Shown: one piece after another, positions 1 through 8,302 of the stretch | Numbering within the stretch: position 1 is the stretch's first letter | Layout of the letters: every line of letters begins with the position of its first letter | Assembly (NCBI GenBank): GCA_043750125.1 | Contig: JAYVCD010000043.1 | Coordinates: 1 to 14,120, forward strand | Reading direction: 5' to 3' | Length of the DNA: 14,120 bases | Source: Archangiaceae bacterium | GTDB lineage: Bacteria > Myxococcota > Myxococcia > Myxococcales > Myxococcaceae | Notes under the pieces: generated by a model | The model's database searches: none | What the model saw: only the letters and a program-made list of their open reading frames with translations | What the model was told of the DNA's origin: nothing | Program-made: the position numbers and the translations under genes

Positions 1-1
1 C

Positions 2-34
2 GGCGCGGGCGGCGCGGGCGGCGCCGGCGGAGGC
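2..34 (+). repeat. Low-complexity GGCGCGGGC-type repeat encoding a Gly/Ala linker
   Basis: ggcgcgggc ggcgcgggc ggcgccggc ggaggc at the window start, in frame as GAG GAG GAG GG. Confidence 0.8.
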
Positions 35-727
35 GCTCAAGCGTGCGCCACCGACGGAGGAATTCCAGGGCCGAGCAAGTGCGGCTGCCCGGGATTCACC
101 TTCTGCGAAGACTTCGAAGGCGCGGCGATCGACCCTGCCCGATGGACATTGGACTTGAGCATGGGAACCGCGGTGTTGGACCCGACGCGGGCGGCCCGAG
201 GAGCCAAGTCGCTGCATGTGAATGTGAAGAGCTCGGCGGGCAGTCGCGCTTTGCTCACCACCGCTCGACCATTTCCAGCAGCGAACAATTCGTTCTTCGG
301 GCGGGCGTTCGTCTACGCCACGGCTCCGATTCCCACGGTTCACACCGGGCTCTTCGCCGCCAGCGGTGGGAATACCGAAGTGCGGTTGGGCATCGATCAC
401 AATGGAGACATCGAGCCGAACTACATGAGCCCTCCGAACGAATACGGAATTTTCACTTCCAACAAAAGCAAGATGCCCACCAACACCTGGTCGTGTCTCG
501 AGTGGGAATACCGAGGCAACGGTGAGCTCCATTTCTTCCTCAATGGCACCGAAATGACGCAGATCCAGGTGCTGTCGACGAACAGCCCTCCGTGGACGGC
601 TCCGACCTACTCGAAGTTTTCGGTTGGAATGATTCTCTATCAGTCCGATACCGCCACCGCGCCCAGCTTCGATGTCTGGTTCGACGAAGTGGCATTCAGT
701 GCAACGCGCGTGGGCTGCGCCAACTAA
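2..727 (+). CDS. 5'-truncated protein with Gly-rich linker and C-terminal Cip1-like/polysaccharide-lyase-like (ConA/LamG-type) beta-sandwich domain, probably secreted
   Basis: The frame of ORF 149..727 stays open back to position 2: GAGGAGGAGGGAQACATDGGIPGPSKCGCPGFTFCEDFEGAAIDPARW. The motifs FCEDFE, FFGRAFVY, MPTNTWSCLEWEY and VWFDEVAFSATRVGC resemble Cip1-like domains of myxobacterial exported proteins. Family assigned by recognition only. Confidence 0.7.
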   Translation, partial: GAGGAGGAGGGAQACATDGGIPGPSKCGCPGFTFCEDFEGAAIDPARWTLDLSMGTAVLDPTRAARGAKSLHVNVKSSAGSRALLTTARPFPAANNSFFGRAFVYATAPIPTVHTGLFAASGGNTEVRLGIDHNGDIEPNYMSPPNEYGIFTSNKSKMPTNTWSCLEWEYRGNGELHFFLNGTEMTQIQVLSTNSPPWTAPTYSKFSVGMILYQSDTATAPSFDVWFDEVAFSATRVGCAN

Positions 728-742
728 AAAAGGGGAACCGTC

Positions 743-1342
743 ATGGTCAAAAAAATTCTCGCAGTGGTTGCCGTGCTGATTCTGGGTTTCGTCGCCTTCG
801 TCGCGACCCGCCCGGCCGAGTTCGTGATCACCCGCAAAGCGACAATCGCCGCGTCGCCCGATGTGATCTTCCCTTTGGTGAATGACTTTCATTCCTGGAA
901 GTTGTGGTCCCCCTGGGACGGGCTCGACCCGAAGATGACGACCGCCTTCGAAGGTCCCCCCGCAGGTCCGGGGGCCAGCTACTCGTGGAAGGGCAACGAC
1001 CAGGTGGGCGAAGGCAAGATGACGATCGTCGAGAGCAAACCGAACTACATGGTGTCGATCAAGCTCGAGTTCCTCAAGCCGTTCGAGGCCACCAACACCA
1101 CCACCTTGAACCTCGTCCCCGGCCCGAGCACCGAGGTCATCTGGAAGATGGAAGGAAAGAACAACTTCATGAGCAAGGCCGCAGGCGTGTTCATGAACAT
1201 GGACGCACTGGTTGGAAAGGACTTCGACAAGGGGCTGGCCAAGCTCAAGGCCCTGGCTGAAGAAGAGGCGAAGAAGCGCGCGCCGGCGCCCGAAGCAGCG
1301 GCGATGCCGGTGCCTGCCGACCCGCCCGTCGCGACGCCCTAA
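743..1342 (+). CDS. SRPBCC (START/polyketide cyclase-like) family protein with N-terminal membrane anchor and Pro/Ala tail
   Basis: SD-like AGGGGA at 731-736 and hydrophobic N-terminus. Motifs VITRKATIAASPDVIFPLVNDFHSWKLWSPW, GASYSWKGNDQVGEGKMTI and VGKDFDKGLAKLKALAE are typical of this family. Confidence 0.9.
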   Translation: MVKKILAVVAVLILGFVAFVATRPAEFVITRKATIAASPDVIFPLVNDFHSWKLWSPWDGLDPKMTTAFEGPPAGPGASYSWKGNDQVGEGKMTIVESKPNYMVSIKLEFLKPFEATNTTTLNLVPGPSTEVIWKMEGKNNFMSKAAGVFMNMDALVGKDFDKGLAKLKALAEEEAKKRAPAPEAAAMPVPADPPVATP

Positions 1343-1839
1343 AGCGTTCCCGGCCCGACGAGCCACTTCGCGTTGCACTTCGCGACGATCTCGCCGGACT
1401 CGTCTTTCAACACCGCGGTGACCTCGTACTCCTTGCGTTCAGAAGAGCTGGGCACCGCGCAGCTGCACTCGGCGGTGATGGTTCCCCGCGCCTTCTTGAC
1501 GTAGTCCATCGAGAGGTGGGTGGGGATGCCCCTCGCTCCGTCGGTGAGCGACACCAGCATCGCGGTGCCGGTGGTGGCCTCGCCCAGGTTCATCAGCGCG
1601 ATCGCGTGCACGCTGTTCAGGTGGTTGCGCACCTTCTTTCGGTCTCGCATCTGCACTTTCGAGTAGCCGACCTCGAGCTGCACGATCTCGGGCTTGATGG
1701 TCCCGGTGTAGGGCGCCATTCGGCCGATCAGCCGCCCCATCATGATTCCTCCTCCGGGAATCGCCTTCAACACGTTCCACAGGGACAACAGCGAAGACGG
1801 GCTGGCCAGCTGGGCAAAGACTTTGGGAAGGCGGGTCAT
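1339..1839 (-). CDS. Hotdog-fold thioesterase (PaaI/DUF4442-like), 166 aa
   Basis: Start placed at ATG 1839 (MTRLPKVF), preceded by TAAGGA. Motifs APYTGTI, VRNHLNSVHAIALMNLGE and MDYVKKARGTITAEC. Confidence 0.88.
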   Translation of the reverse strand: MTRLPKVFAQLASPSSLLSLWNVLKAIPGGGIMMGRLIGRMAPYTGTIKPEIVQLEVGYSKVQMRDRKKVRNHLNSVHAIALMNLGEATTGTAMLVSLTDGARGIPTHLSMDYVKKARGTITAECSCAVPSSSERKEYEVTAVLKDESGEIVAKCNAKWLVGPGTL

Positions 1840-1922
1840 GCGCGGGTCCTTAGCCCAACGCGAACTTTCCTCACCAGAAGCTGCAGCCGGAGTTATGAGC
1901 AGCACCCGCCGCGGAGGCAGCC

Positions 1923-3491
1923 ATTCGAATCGGAGTTCCTCGAGAGACAGCACCCGGAGAACGCCGGGTCGCCGCCACCCCAGAATCAGTCAAGAAGCTC
2001 GTCGGCCCCGGCGTGACCGTCGTCATCGAGCGTGGCGCCGGCGTCAGCGCGGGCTACCCCGATGCCGCCTACCTCAATGCCGGAGCGACCCTCGGGAGCA
2101 AAGGCGAGGCGCTGGGCGAGTGCGAAATCGTGCTCAAAGTCCGGGCCCCCGCCCTCGATGAAGCTTCCCAGCTCAAAGAAGGCGCGTTCCTCGCGTGCCT
2201 GCTGCAACCCGAGCGACACCCGGGCCTGCTCGAAGCGCTGAAGGCGCGCGGAGTCTCGGCCCTGGCGCTGGAAAAGATTCCCCGCATCAGCCGAGCCCAG
2301 AAGATGGACGTGCTGTCGTCGATGGCCAACCTCGCCGGCCATCGCGCGGTCGTCGAAGCGGCAGCGGCGTATGGCAGCCCGTTCGGAGCGCAGGTCACTG
2401 CCGCGGGCACCACCCGGCCGGCGAAGGTGCTGATCATCGGCGCGGGCGTGGCCGGACTGGCGGCCGCCGCAGCCGCCAAGGCGATGGGAGCCGACGTGCG
2501 CGCGTTCGATACCCGCGCGGCCGCACGCGAGCAGGTCGAAAGTCTGGGCGCGAAGTTCCTCACCCTCGAAGTCAAAGAGAGCGGCGAGGGCGGCGGCGGC
2601 TACGCGAAGGTGATGAGCCCCCAGTTCATCGAAGCCGAGATGGCGCTGTTCAAGGCCCAGGCCGCAGAGGTCGACGTGGTGGTGACGACCGCGCTCGTCC
2701 CGGGCGCCCGCGCCCCCACCCTTCTTCCGCGCGACGTGGTCCTGGCCTTCAAGCCGGGCAGCGTGATTGTCGACATGGCCGCCGAGCAGGGCGGCAACTG
2801 CGAGCTGTGCAAGCCGGGAGAAGTCGTCGAGTTCAACGGGATCAAGATCATCGGCTACACCGACCTGACCAGCCGCATGGCCGGCACCGCGAGCAAGTTC
2901 TTCGCGACCAACCTGGTGCACCTGCTGCTCGAGATGGGCGTGGGCAAAGAATTCAAGGTCGACCTGGGAAGCGACGTGGTCCGCCCCGCGCTGCTGACCC
3001 ACGCCGGGCAACTGCTGGCTGCGCCTGCGCCCAAAGAGCCTTCGGCCCAACGCGACATCAAGCCGCCGCCCGTGGACGCCAAGCCGAAGCAGCAGCAGAT
3101 CATGACGCCCACCCGCAAGGCCTGGGGCACGACGCTGGGCGGAATGTTCGTAATCGCCGTCCTCTTCACCGTCGGCCGCTTTGCGCCGCGCGACTTTCTT
3201 CAACACTCGACCGTGTTCATCCTCGCCTGCTTCGTCGGCTGGCAGGTCATCTGGAGCGTGAGCCCCGCGCTTCACACCCCCCTGATGAGCGTCACCAACG
3301 CGATCTCGGGAATCATCGTCGTCGGAGGAATGCTGCAGATCGGCACCACGCTCGACACCGCTTCGGTCCTCGGAGCGCTGGCGGTGCTGGTTGCGTCGAT
3401 CAACGTCGCAGGCGGGTTCCTCGTCACCCAGCGAATGCTGAAGATGTTTCACCGCGAGAGCCCGACCCCCGCGCCGAAGGGGCACCCGTGA
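1923..3491 (+). CDS. pntA: Re/Si-specific NAD(P)+ transhydrogenase subunit alpha (single-chain, E. coli-type); start codon ambiguous
   Basis: The conserved N-terminus (I)[25 protein letters not shown] is in frame from 1923, upstream of the ORF-track start at 2013. Also [21 protein letters not shown] Rossmann motif, GGYAK mobile loop and [14 protein letters not shown] membrane segment. Confidence 0.96.
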   Translation: MRIGVPRETAPGERRVAATPESVKKLVGPGVTVVIERGAGVSAGYPDAAYLNAGATLGSKGEALGECEIVLKVRAPALDEASQLKEGAFLACLLQPERHPGLLEALKARGVSALALEKIPRISRAQKMDVLSSMANLAGHRAVVEAAAAYGSPFGAQVTAAGTTRPAKVLIIGAGVAGLAAAAAAKAMGADVRAFDTRAAAREQVESLGAKFLTLEVKESGEGGGGYAKVMSPQFIEAEMALFKAQAAEVDVVVTTALVPGARAPTLLPRDVVLAFKPGSVIVDMAAEQGGNCELCKPGEVVEFNGIKIIGYTDLTSRMAGTASKFFATNLVHLLLEMGVGKEFKVDLGSDVVRPALLTHAGQLLAAPAPKEPSAQRDIKPPPVDAKPKQQQIMTPTRKAWGTTLGGMFVIAVLFTVGRFAPRDFLQHSTVFILACFVGWQVIWSVSPALHTPLMSVTNAISGIIVVGGMLQIGTTLDTASVLGALAVLVASINVAGGFLVTQRMLKMFHRESPTPAPKGHP

Positions 3492-4921
3492 CCCAGCTCG
3501 ACGGGATGATGACCATCGCCTACCTCGCCGCCGGCGTGCTCTTCATCCGATCGTTGGCCGGGCTGTCGAAGCAGGAAAGCGCGCAGCGCGGAAATCTGTA
3601 CGGAATGGTTGGAATGGGGCTGGCGGTCGCAGTCGCCGCAGTCGCCTGGCTCTCGGGTGGCTTGCAAGGGCGCGAGCAGGGCCTGTCGATGCTCGCCGGG
3701 GCGGTGTTGATTGGAGGCTCGATCGGAGCCGTGCTCGCGCGCCGGGTCGAGATGACGGGCATGCCCGAGCTGGTGGCGATTCTGCACAGCTTCGTCGGGC
3801 TGGCGGCGGTGATGGTGGGCATCAGCAGCTACCTGGCGCCGCGCGGAGGCGTTCACACCGACGCGGCCACCCGCATCGTTCACATCGCCGAAGTCTGGGT
3901 CGGGATCGCGGTCGGAGCCGTCACGCTCACCGGCTCGATCGTCGCCTGGGCCAAGCTGCGCGGCACCCTGTCGGGCAAGCCGCTGCTGCTGCCCGGCCGT
4001 CACCTGCTCAACGCGGGAATTGCCCTCTCGATGCTCGCGCTCGCCTACCCGTTTCTGCAGGCCACGGGCACCAGCGGCCTTCCGTACCTGCTGGTGATGA
4101 CCGGGCTGGCCGCGATTCTGGGGATCCACCTGGTGATGGCGATCGGCGGCGCCGACATGCCGGTCGTCGTCTCGCTGCTCAACAGCTATTCGGGCTGGGC
4201 CGCGGCCGCGGCGGGCTTCATGCTCGCCAACGATCTGCTGATCGTCACCGGGGCACTGGTCGGATCTTCGGGCACCATCTTGAGCATCATCATGTGCCGG
4301 GCGATGAACCGGTCGATCTTGAACGTCGTCTTCGGGGGCTTCGGCACCGCCGACGGAGGCGCGGCCGTGGCCGGTGCGGCAGCCGCAGGAGAAGTGCGCG
4401 AGCTGAAGGGCGACGAGACCGCCGAGCTGCTGATGAACGCGCAGAGCGTGGTCATCGTCCCCGGGTACGGAATGGCGGTCGCGAGGGCGCAGAACGCGGT
4501 GTACGAGCTGACGAAAAATCTTCGGGACCAGGGGATTTCAGTTCGCTTTGCGATTCACCCCGTCGCGGGCCGCCTTCCGGGCCACATGAACGTGCTGCTG
4601 GCGGAAGCCGGGGTGCCCTACGACATCGTGCTCGAGATGGAGCACATCAATGCCGACTTCCCCAAGACCGACGTGGTGCTGGTGATCGGCGCCAATGACA
4701 TCGTCAACCCGGGAGCGCTCACCGATGCTCAGAGCCCGATCTACGGAATGCCGGTGCTCGAGGTCTGGAAGTCGAAGGCGGTCGTGGTGCTCAAGCGCGG
4801 AATGGCTGCCGGTTATGCCGGCGTCGAAAATCCGCTCTTTTTTCTCGAGAACACCCGCATGCTGTTTGGCGATGCGAAGAAGAGCATCGATGCGCTGGTC
4901 AGTGGAACGCGGAAGGCTTGA
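3488..4921 (+). CDS. pntB: NAD(P)+ transhydrogenase subunit beta, 477 aa
   Basis: GTG start overlaps the pntA stop (GTGA), with GAAGGGG upstream. Motifs [71 protein letters not shown]. Confidence 0.97.
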   Translation: MTQLDGMMTIAYLAAGVLFIRSLAGLSKQESAQRGNLYGMVGMGLAVAVAAVAWLSGGLQGREQGLSMLAGAVLIGGSIGAVLARRVEMTGMPELVAILHSFVGLAAVMVGISSYLAPRGGVHTDAATRIVHIAEVWVGIAVGAVTLTGSIVAWAKLRGTLSGKPLLLPGRHLLNAGIALSMLALAYPFLQATGTSGLPYLLVMTGLAAILGIHLVMAIGGADMPVVVSLLNSYSGWAAAAAGFMLANDLLIVTGALVGSSGTILSIIMCRAMNRSILNVVFGGFGTADGGAAVAGAAAAGEVRELKGDETAELLMNAQSVVIVPGYGMAVARAQNAVYELTKNLRDQGISVRFAIHPVAGRLPGHMNVLLAEAGVPYDIVLEMEHINADFPKTDVVLVIGANDIVNPGALTDAQSPIYGMPVLEVWKSKAVVVLKRGMAAGYAGVENPLFFLENTRMLFGDAKKSIDALVSGTRKA

Positions 4922-4928
4922 TTCACTT

Positions 4929-5201
4929 TTAGCCAGACCGGGCGGCGCTCACCAACCGGCGGTGGTGACGATGGGCGCCCTTGAAGGCGACCTCGCCGGA
5001 CCGAAATGCCAGCGCGCTCAGCAGGCCGATGTCCTTGCTCGTCTTCAATTCGCCGGCGTCCGCCAGGTCAATCACAATCGGCGTGTCGTCATCGGTCAGC
5101 GCAAGTGCTTCCAGCAACGCGGTCACGGCCGCGTCGTTCAGCTCGCCGTGGGTGGTCAAAATCACCCGCCCCGTAGCCCGTTCCCTCGTGATTGCGATCA
5201 T
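4929..5201 (-). CDS. Small STAS-like (anti-sigma antagonist/MlaB-like) protein, 90 aa
   Basis: MIAITRERATGRVILTTHGELNDAAVTALLEALALTDDDTPIVIDLADAGEL...IGLLSAL...EVAFKG follows the STAS pattern (xGELD, helix, VVIDL, helix, strand). A sigma54-like promoter directly upstream supports this start. Confidence 0.68.
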   Translation of the reverse strand: MIAITRERATGRVILTTHGELNDAAVTALLEALALTDDDTPIVIDLADAGELKTSKDIGLLSALAFRSGEVAFKGAHRHHRRLVSAARSG

Positions 5202-5213
5202 GCCGGAAGGGAG

Positions 5214-5229
5214 AGCAACAGGCGGGCCA
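5214..5229 (-). promoter_or_regulatory. Putative sigma54 -24/-12 promoter of the STAS-like gene
   Basis: Minus strand TGGCCCG-CCTG-TTGCT versus consensus TGGCACG-N4-TTGCW, with exact GG-N10-GC spacing. Confidence 0.75.
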
Positions 5230-5263
5230 AGCTGCCTCAAACCGTGAGCGATTTTGGCGGGTT

Positions 5264-5307
5264 GCGTCAAATTGCGGCGCTCCGCCACGAGTGCCGCGAA
5301 TTGCCAC
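5264..5307. promoter_or_regulatory. Pair of candidate enhancer-binding-protein sites between the divergent sigma54 promoters
   Basis: GCGTCAAATTGCGGC (5264-5278) and GCCGCGAATTGCCAC (5293-5307) are imperfect inverted copies (11/15 identical), each with an AT core and GC flanks. Confidence 0.5.
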
Positions 5308-5371
5308 CCCGGTAGAAAGCTCTCATGCGGCAACCCTGATTCCAGCGCCCCCCGAAGCGCATTGATGGGTC

Positions 5372-5387
5372 TGGCATGAAAGGTGCG
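5372..5387 (+). promoter_or_regulatory. Putative sigma54 -24/-12 promoter of katE
   Basis: TGGCATG-AAAG-GTGCG with exact GG-N10-GC spacing; the -12 C lies 16 nt before the katE ATG. Confidence 0.68.
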
Positions 5388-5401
5388 CACGCCGGGCCCC
5401 A

Positions 5402-7594
5402 ATGACCAAAAAAACCAAGACGCCCGGGATCAGCAACGCAAAACTCGAAGCGCTCGAACACTTCCGCGCAAACTCTGCCGACGCGCTGCTGACCACCAAC
5501 CAGGGCGCCCGGATTTCCGACAACCACAACTCGCTCAAGGCGGGGCCCCGCGGCCCGACGCTGATGGAAGACTTCATTCTTCGCGAGAAGATCACCCACT
5601 TCGATCACGAACGAATTCCAGAGCGCATCGTTCACGCCCGCGGCGAAGGCGCGTTTGGCTACTTCGAGTGCACCAAGGAACTTTCCCGCTACACCCGGGC
5701 GAGCTTCTTGAACCAGGTCGGGCTGCGCACCCCGGTGCTGGTGCGCTTCTCCACTGTCGCCGGCAGCCGGGGCTCGGCCGACACGGTGCGCGACGCGCGC
5801 GGCTTCGCGGTGAAGTTCTATACCCAGCAGGGAAACTACGACCTCGTCGGCAACAACATCCCCGTCTTCTTCATTCAAGACGCGATGAAGTTCCCGGACC
5901 TCATTCACGCAGTGAAGCCCGAGCCGCACCACGAGATGCCGCAGGCCGCGTCGGCCCACGACACGTTCTGGGACTTCATCTCGCTGATGCCCGAGTCGCT
6001 GCACATGATCATGTGGGTGATGAGCGACCGGGCCATTCCCCGCAGCCTGCGCATGATGGAAGGCTTCGGCGTTCACACCTTCCGGTTCGTCAATGCCGCC
6101 GGCGTCTCGACCTTCGTCAAGTTCCACTGGAAGCCGAAGCTCGGCTCGCACGCGCTGACGTGGGACGAGGCGTCGACGCTGGCCGGGAAGGACGCGGACT
6201 TTCATCGCCGAGATCTCTGGGAAGCGATCGACAGCGGCGACTTCCCAGAGTGGGAACTGGGAGTGCAGCTCATTCCCGAGGCCGATGAGCACAAGTTCCC
6301 GTTCGACCTGCTCGACGCGACCAAGCTCGTCCCCGAAGAGATGGTGCCGGTGCTTCGCGTCGGCACGCTGGTGCTCAACCGGAACCCCGACAACTTCTTT
6401 TCCGAAATCGAGCAGGCCGCCTTCCACCCCGGCCACGTCGTCGATGGCATCGACTTCACCAATGACCCCCTGCTGCAGGGGCGGCTGTTTTCGTACACCG
6501 ACACCCAGCTCATTCGCCTGGGCGGACCCAACTTCCACGAGCTGCCGGTCAACCGGCCCCTGGCCCCGGTGCACAACAACCAGCGCGATGGCCTGGGCCG
6601 CCAGACGATCGACGTGGGCCGGGTGGCCTACGAGCCCAACACGCTCGCCCGCGGCTGTCCGATGCATTCGCCCGAGAAGCTCAAAGGGTTCGTCAGCCAC
6701 GCGGAGAAGATCGATGCCCACAAGGTCCGCGCCCGCAGCGGAAGCTTTGCCGACCACCTCTCGCAGCCGCGGCTGTTTCTGCACAGCCAGAGCCCGATCG
6801 AGCAACAGCACATCGCAGCCGCGCTCACGTTCGAGCTCTCGAAGGTCCAGACCGTCGACATCCGCAAGCGAATGCTCAGCCTGCTGGCGCAAATCGACAT
6901 CGACCTGGCGAAGAAGGTCGCCGATGGGCTGGGGCTGCCGGTGCTCAAGAGCGCGGTGATGCCTCCGAGCGCCTCCGACCCCGAAAACAACATCGTGCCT
7001 CCCAACCGCGCCACCGAGCTCGCGCAAGAAGACGACGACGGGATCAACAAGAAAGGCCGGGGCCTGCCGGACGATTCGGTCGCGCTCAGCATGGTGCGAA
7101 GCAACCCGGGTGGAATCAAAGGACGCAAGGTGGCGATCCTCGTGGCCGACGGCGTCGATGCGGCGCAGGTGGCGTCGATTACCCGTGAGCTCGAGGCGGC
7201 CGGAGCGCGGGTCGAGACGGTCGCGCCGCGCTTGGGGACGGTCAAGCCCGGCAAGGGCCCCGCCTTCGAGGCGATGCGCACGCTCGAGAGCACCCCGTCG
7301 CTCGTCTATGACGCGGTGGTGGTGGCCGGCGGGAAGGCAGCGGGCGATGCGCTGGCCGACGACGGCCGAGCGCTGCACTTCGTCGCCCAGGCCTTCAAGC
7401 ACCACAAGACCCTCGCGTTCTACGGCTCAGGGGTCGAGGTGCTGAAGGCTTCTCCGATTCGCTTCGTTGTTTCCAGCAGCGCGCACGGAGTGTTGATCGG
7501 CGATTCGTCGCCGGCCGCGCTCAAGACCCTGGTGCTGGAAATCGGCAAGCACCGCCACTGGGGTCGGCCCGGTGTCGAACGAATCCCCGTCTGA
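5402..7594 (+). CDS. katE: Large-subunit (clade 2) monofunctional catalase HPII with C-terminal DJ-1/PfpI-like domain, 730 aa
   Basis: FDHERIPERIVHARG (distal His), VRFSTVAGSRGSADTVRD, QAASAHDTFWDF, AAFHPGH, RLFSYTDTQ (proximal Tyr); C-terminal GRKVAILVADGVD...YDAVVVAGG...AFKHHK. Confidence 0.98.
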   Translation: MTKKTKTPGISNAKLEALEHFRANSADALLTTNQGARISDNHNSLKAGPRGPTLMEDFILREKITHFDHERIPERIVHARGEGAFGYFECTKELSRYTRASFLNQVGLRTPVLVRFSTVAGSRGSADTVRDARGFAVKFYTQQGNYDLVGNNIPVFFIQDAMKFPDLIHAVKPEPHHEMPQAASAHDTFWDFISLMPESLHMIMWVMSDRAIPRSLRMMEGFGVHTFRFVNAAGVSTFVKFHWKPKLGSHALTWDEASTLAGKDADFHRRDLWEAIDSGDFPEWELGVQLIPEADEHKFPFDLLDATKLVPEEMVPVLRVGTLVLNRNPDNFFSEIEQAAFHPGHVVDGIDFTNDPLLQGRLFSYTDTQLIRLGGPNFHELPVNRPLAPVHNNQRDGLGRQTIDVGRVAYEPNTLARGCPMHSPEKLKGFVSHAEKIDAHKVRARSGSFADHLSQPRLFLHSQSPIEQQHIAAALTFELSKVQTVDIRKRMLSLLAQIDIDLAKKVADGLGLPVLKSAVMPPSASDPENNIVPPNRATELAQEDDDGINKKGRGLPDDSVALSMVRSNPGGIKGRKVAILVADGVDAAQVASITRELEAAGARVETVAPRLGTVKPGKGPAFEAMRTLESTPSLVYDAVVVAGGKAAGDALADDGRALHFVAQAFKHHKTLAFYGSGVEVLKASPIRFVVSSSAHGVLIGDSSPAALKTLVLEIGKHRHWGRPGVERIPV

Positions 7595-7670
7595 GACCAA
7601 TTGACCCAATGAAACCAAAAAGCCACAGCCAGTCTGTTCCCGATGCAACCCGTGCGCAGCGCCGCGAAAC

Positions 7671-7686
7671 CGGCACAACCCTTGAA
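7671..7686 (+). promoter_or_regulatory. Putative sigma54 promoter (variant GA at -13/-12) of the general stress protein gene
   Basis: CGGCACA-ACCC-TTGAA has correct spacing but A replaces the -12 C. It lies 14 nt before ATG 7699, the same geometry as the STAS promoter. Confidence 0.5.
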
Positions 7687-7698
7687 ACATCTGCCCCT

Positions 7699-8247
7699 AT
7701 GCCCAACACCCAGAACGAAACCCAGGAGCAGGAACTCGCACCCGAAGGATCTCGCGCCCATCTGCGAACGGCGTTGAAGGAATTCAACACCATGATGGTG
7801 GCGACCTACGACAAGAAGGGAAAGCATCCGCGGCTTCACGCGCGCCCGTTGCTCGTCGCCCGGGTCGAGGAAGACTGCTCGCTCGTTTTCGTCACCCGAA
7901 TGGACGACCACAAGGCGGTCAACGGCGAGATGCAACCCGAAGACGGGACGGTGATCGCGCAGTCCCTCACCCGGCAGGTCTCGATGTTGGGCACGATCGA
8001 GTATTCGACCGACCGCAAGCTGCTCAACGAGGCCTGGAAGCTGCCGTTCAACCTGTTCTTCGGCAACGGGAAGGACGACCCGAACGTCTGCCTGATGGTC
8101 TTCAAGCCCCGCGACGCCGAGCTTTGGGACCTGTCGGGAAAGAAGGGCCTCAAGTTCCTGTTCGACGCCGCGAAGTCCCTGATTCAGCGCAAGACCCCGG
8201 ACTTCACCGGCGACCAACACGAGAAGCTCAAGCTTCACCGCGCCTGA
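7699..8247 (+). CDS. General stress protein, pyridoxamine 5'-phosphate oxidase-like FMN-binding split barrel (GSP26/YdaG-like); alternative start at 7609
   Basis: TMMVAT...LHARPL...LVFVT...HK...QVSMLG...DRKLLNEAW...FFGNGKDDPNVCLMVFKPRDAELWD pattern. Start 7699 preferred on promoter geometry. Confidence 0.85.
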   Translation: MPNTQNETQEQELAPEGSRAHLRTALKEFNTMMVATYDKKGKHPRLHARPLLVARVEEDCSLVFVTRMDDHKAVNGEMQPEDGTVIAQSLTRQVSMLGTIEYSTDRKLLNEAWKLPFNLFFGNGKDDPNVCLMVFKPRDAELWDLSGKKGLKFLFDAAKSLIQRKTPDFTGDQHEKLKLHRA

Positions 8248-8263
8248 AGTTCTCGCGACTGCT

Positions 8264-8297
8264 CTCGACCGCTTCGGTTCACACCGAAGGGGTCGGG
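8264..8297. terminator. Hairpin between convergent genes; likely (bidirectional) terminator or 3' stabiliser, no U-tract
   Basis: CTCGACC-G-CTTCGGT [TCAC] ACCGAAG-G-GGTCGGG: two 7-bp stems separated by one G/G mismatch, in the 55-bp gap between the two stop codons. Confidence 0.7.
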
Positions 8298-8302
8298 GAT
8301 GA

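Noticed and set aside
2195-3487. 908-aa ORF 2195..4921 suggesting a PntB with a 431-aa N-terminal extension
   Set aside because: The extension is an Arg/Gly/Pro-rich off-frame shadow of pntA. PntB similarity starts at GTG 3488, which has an SD sequence and a GTGA overlap.
5398-7625. Similar sequences flanking katE (CCCAATGACCAAAAA at 5398 and CCCAATGAAACCAAAAA at 7605) as an insertion scar
   Set aside because: The match is short, imperfect and low-complexity, and there is no mobility gene or compositional shift.
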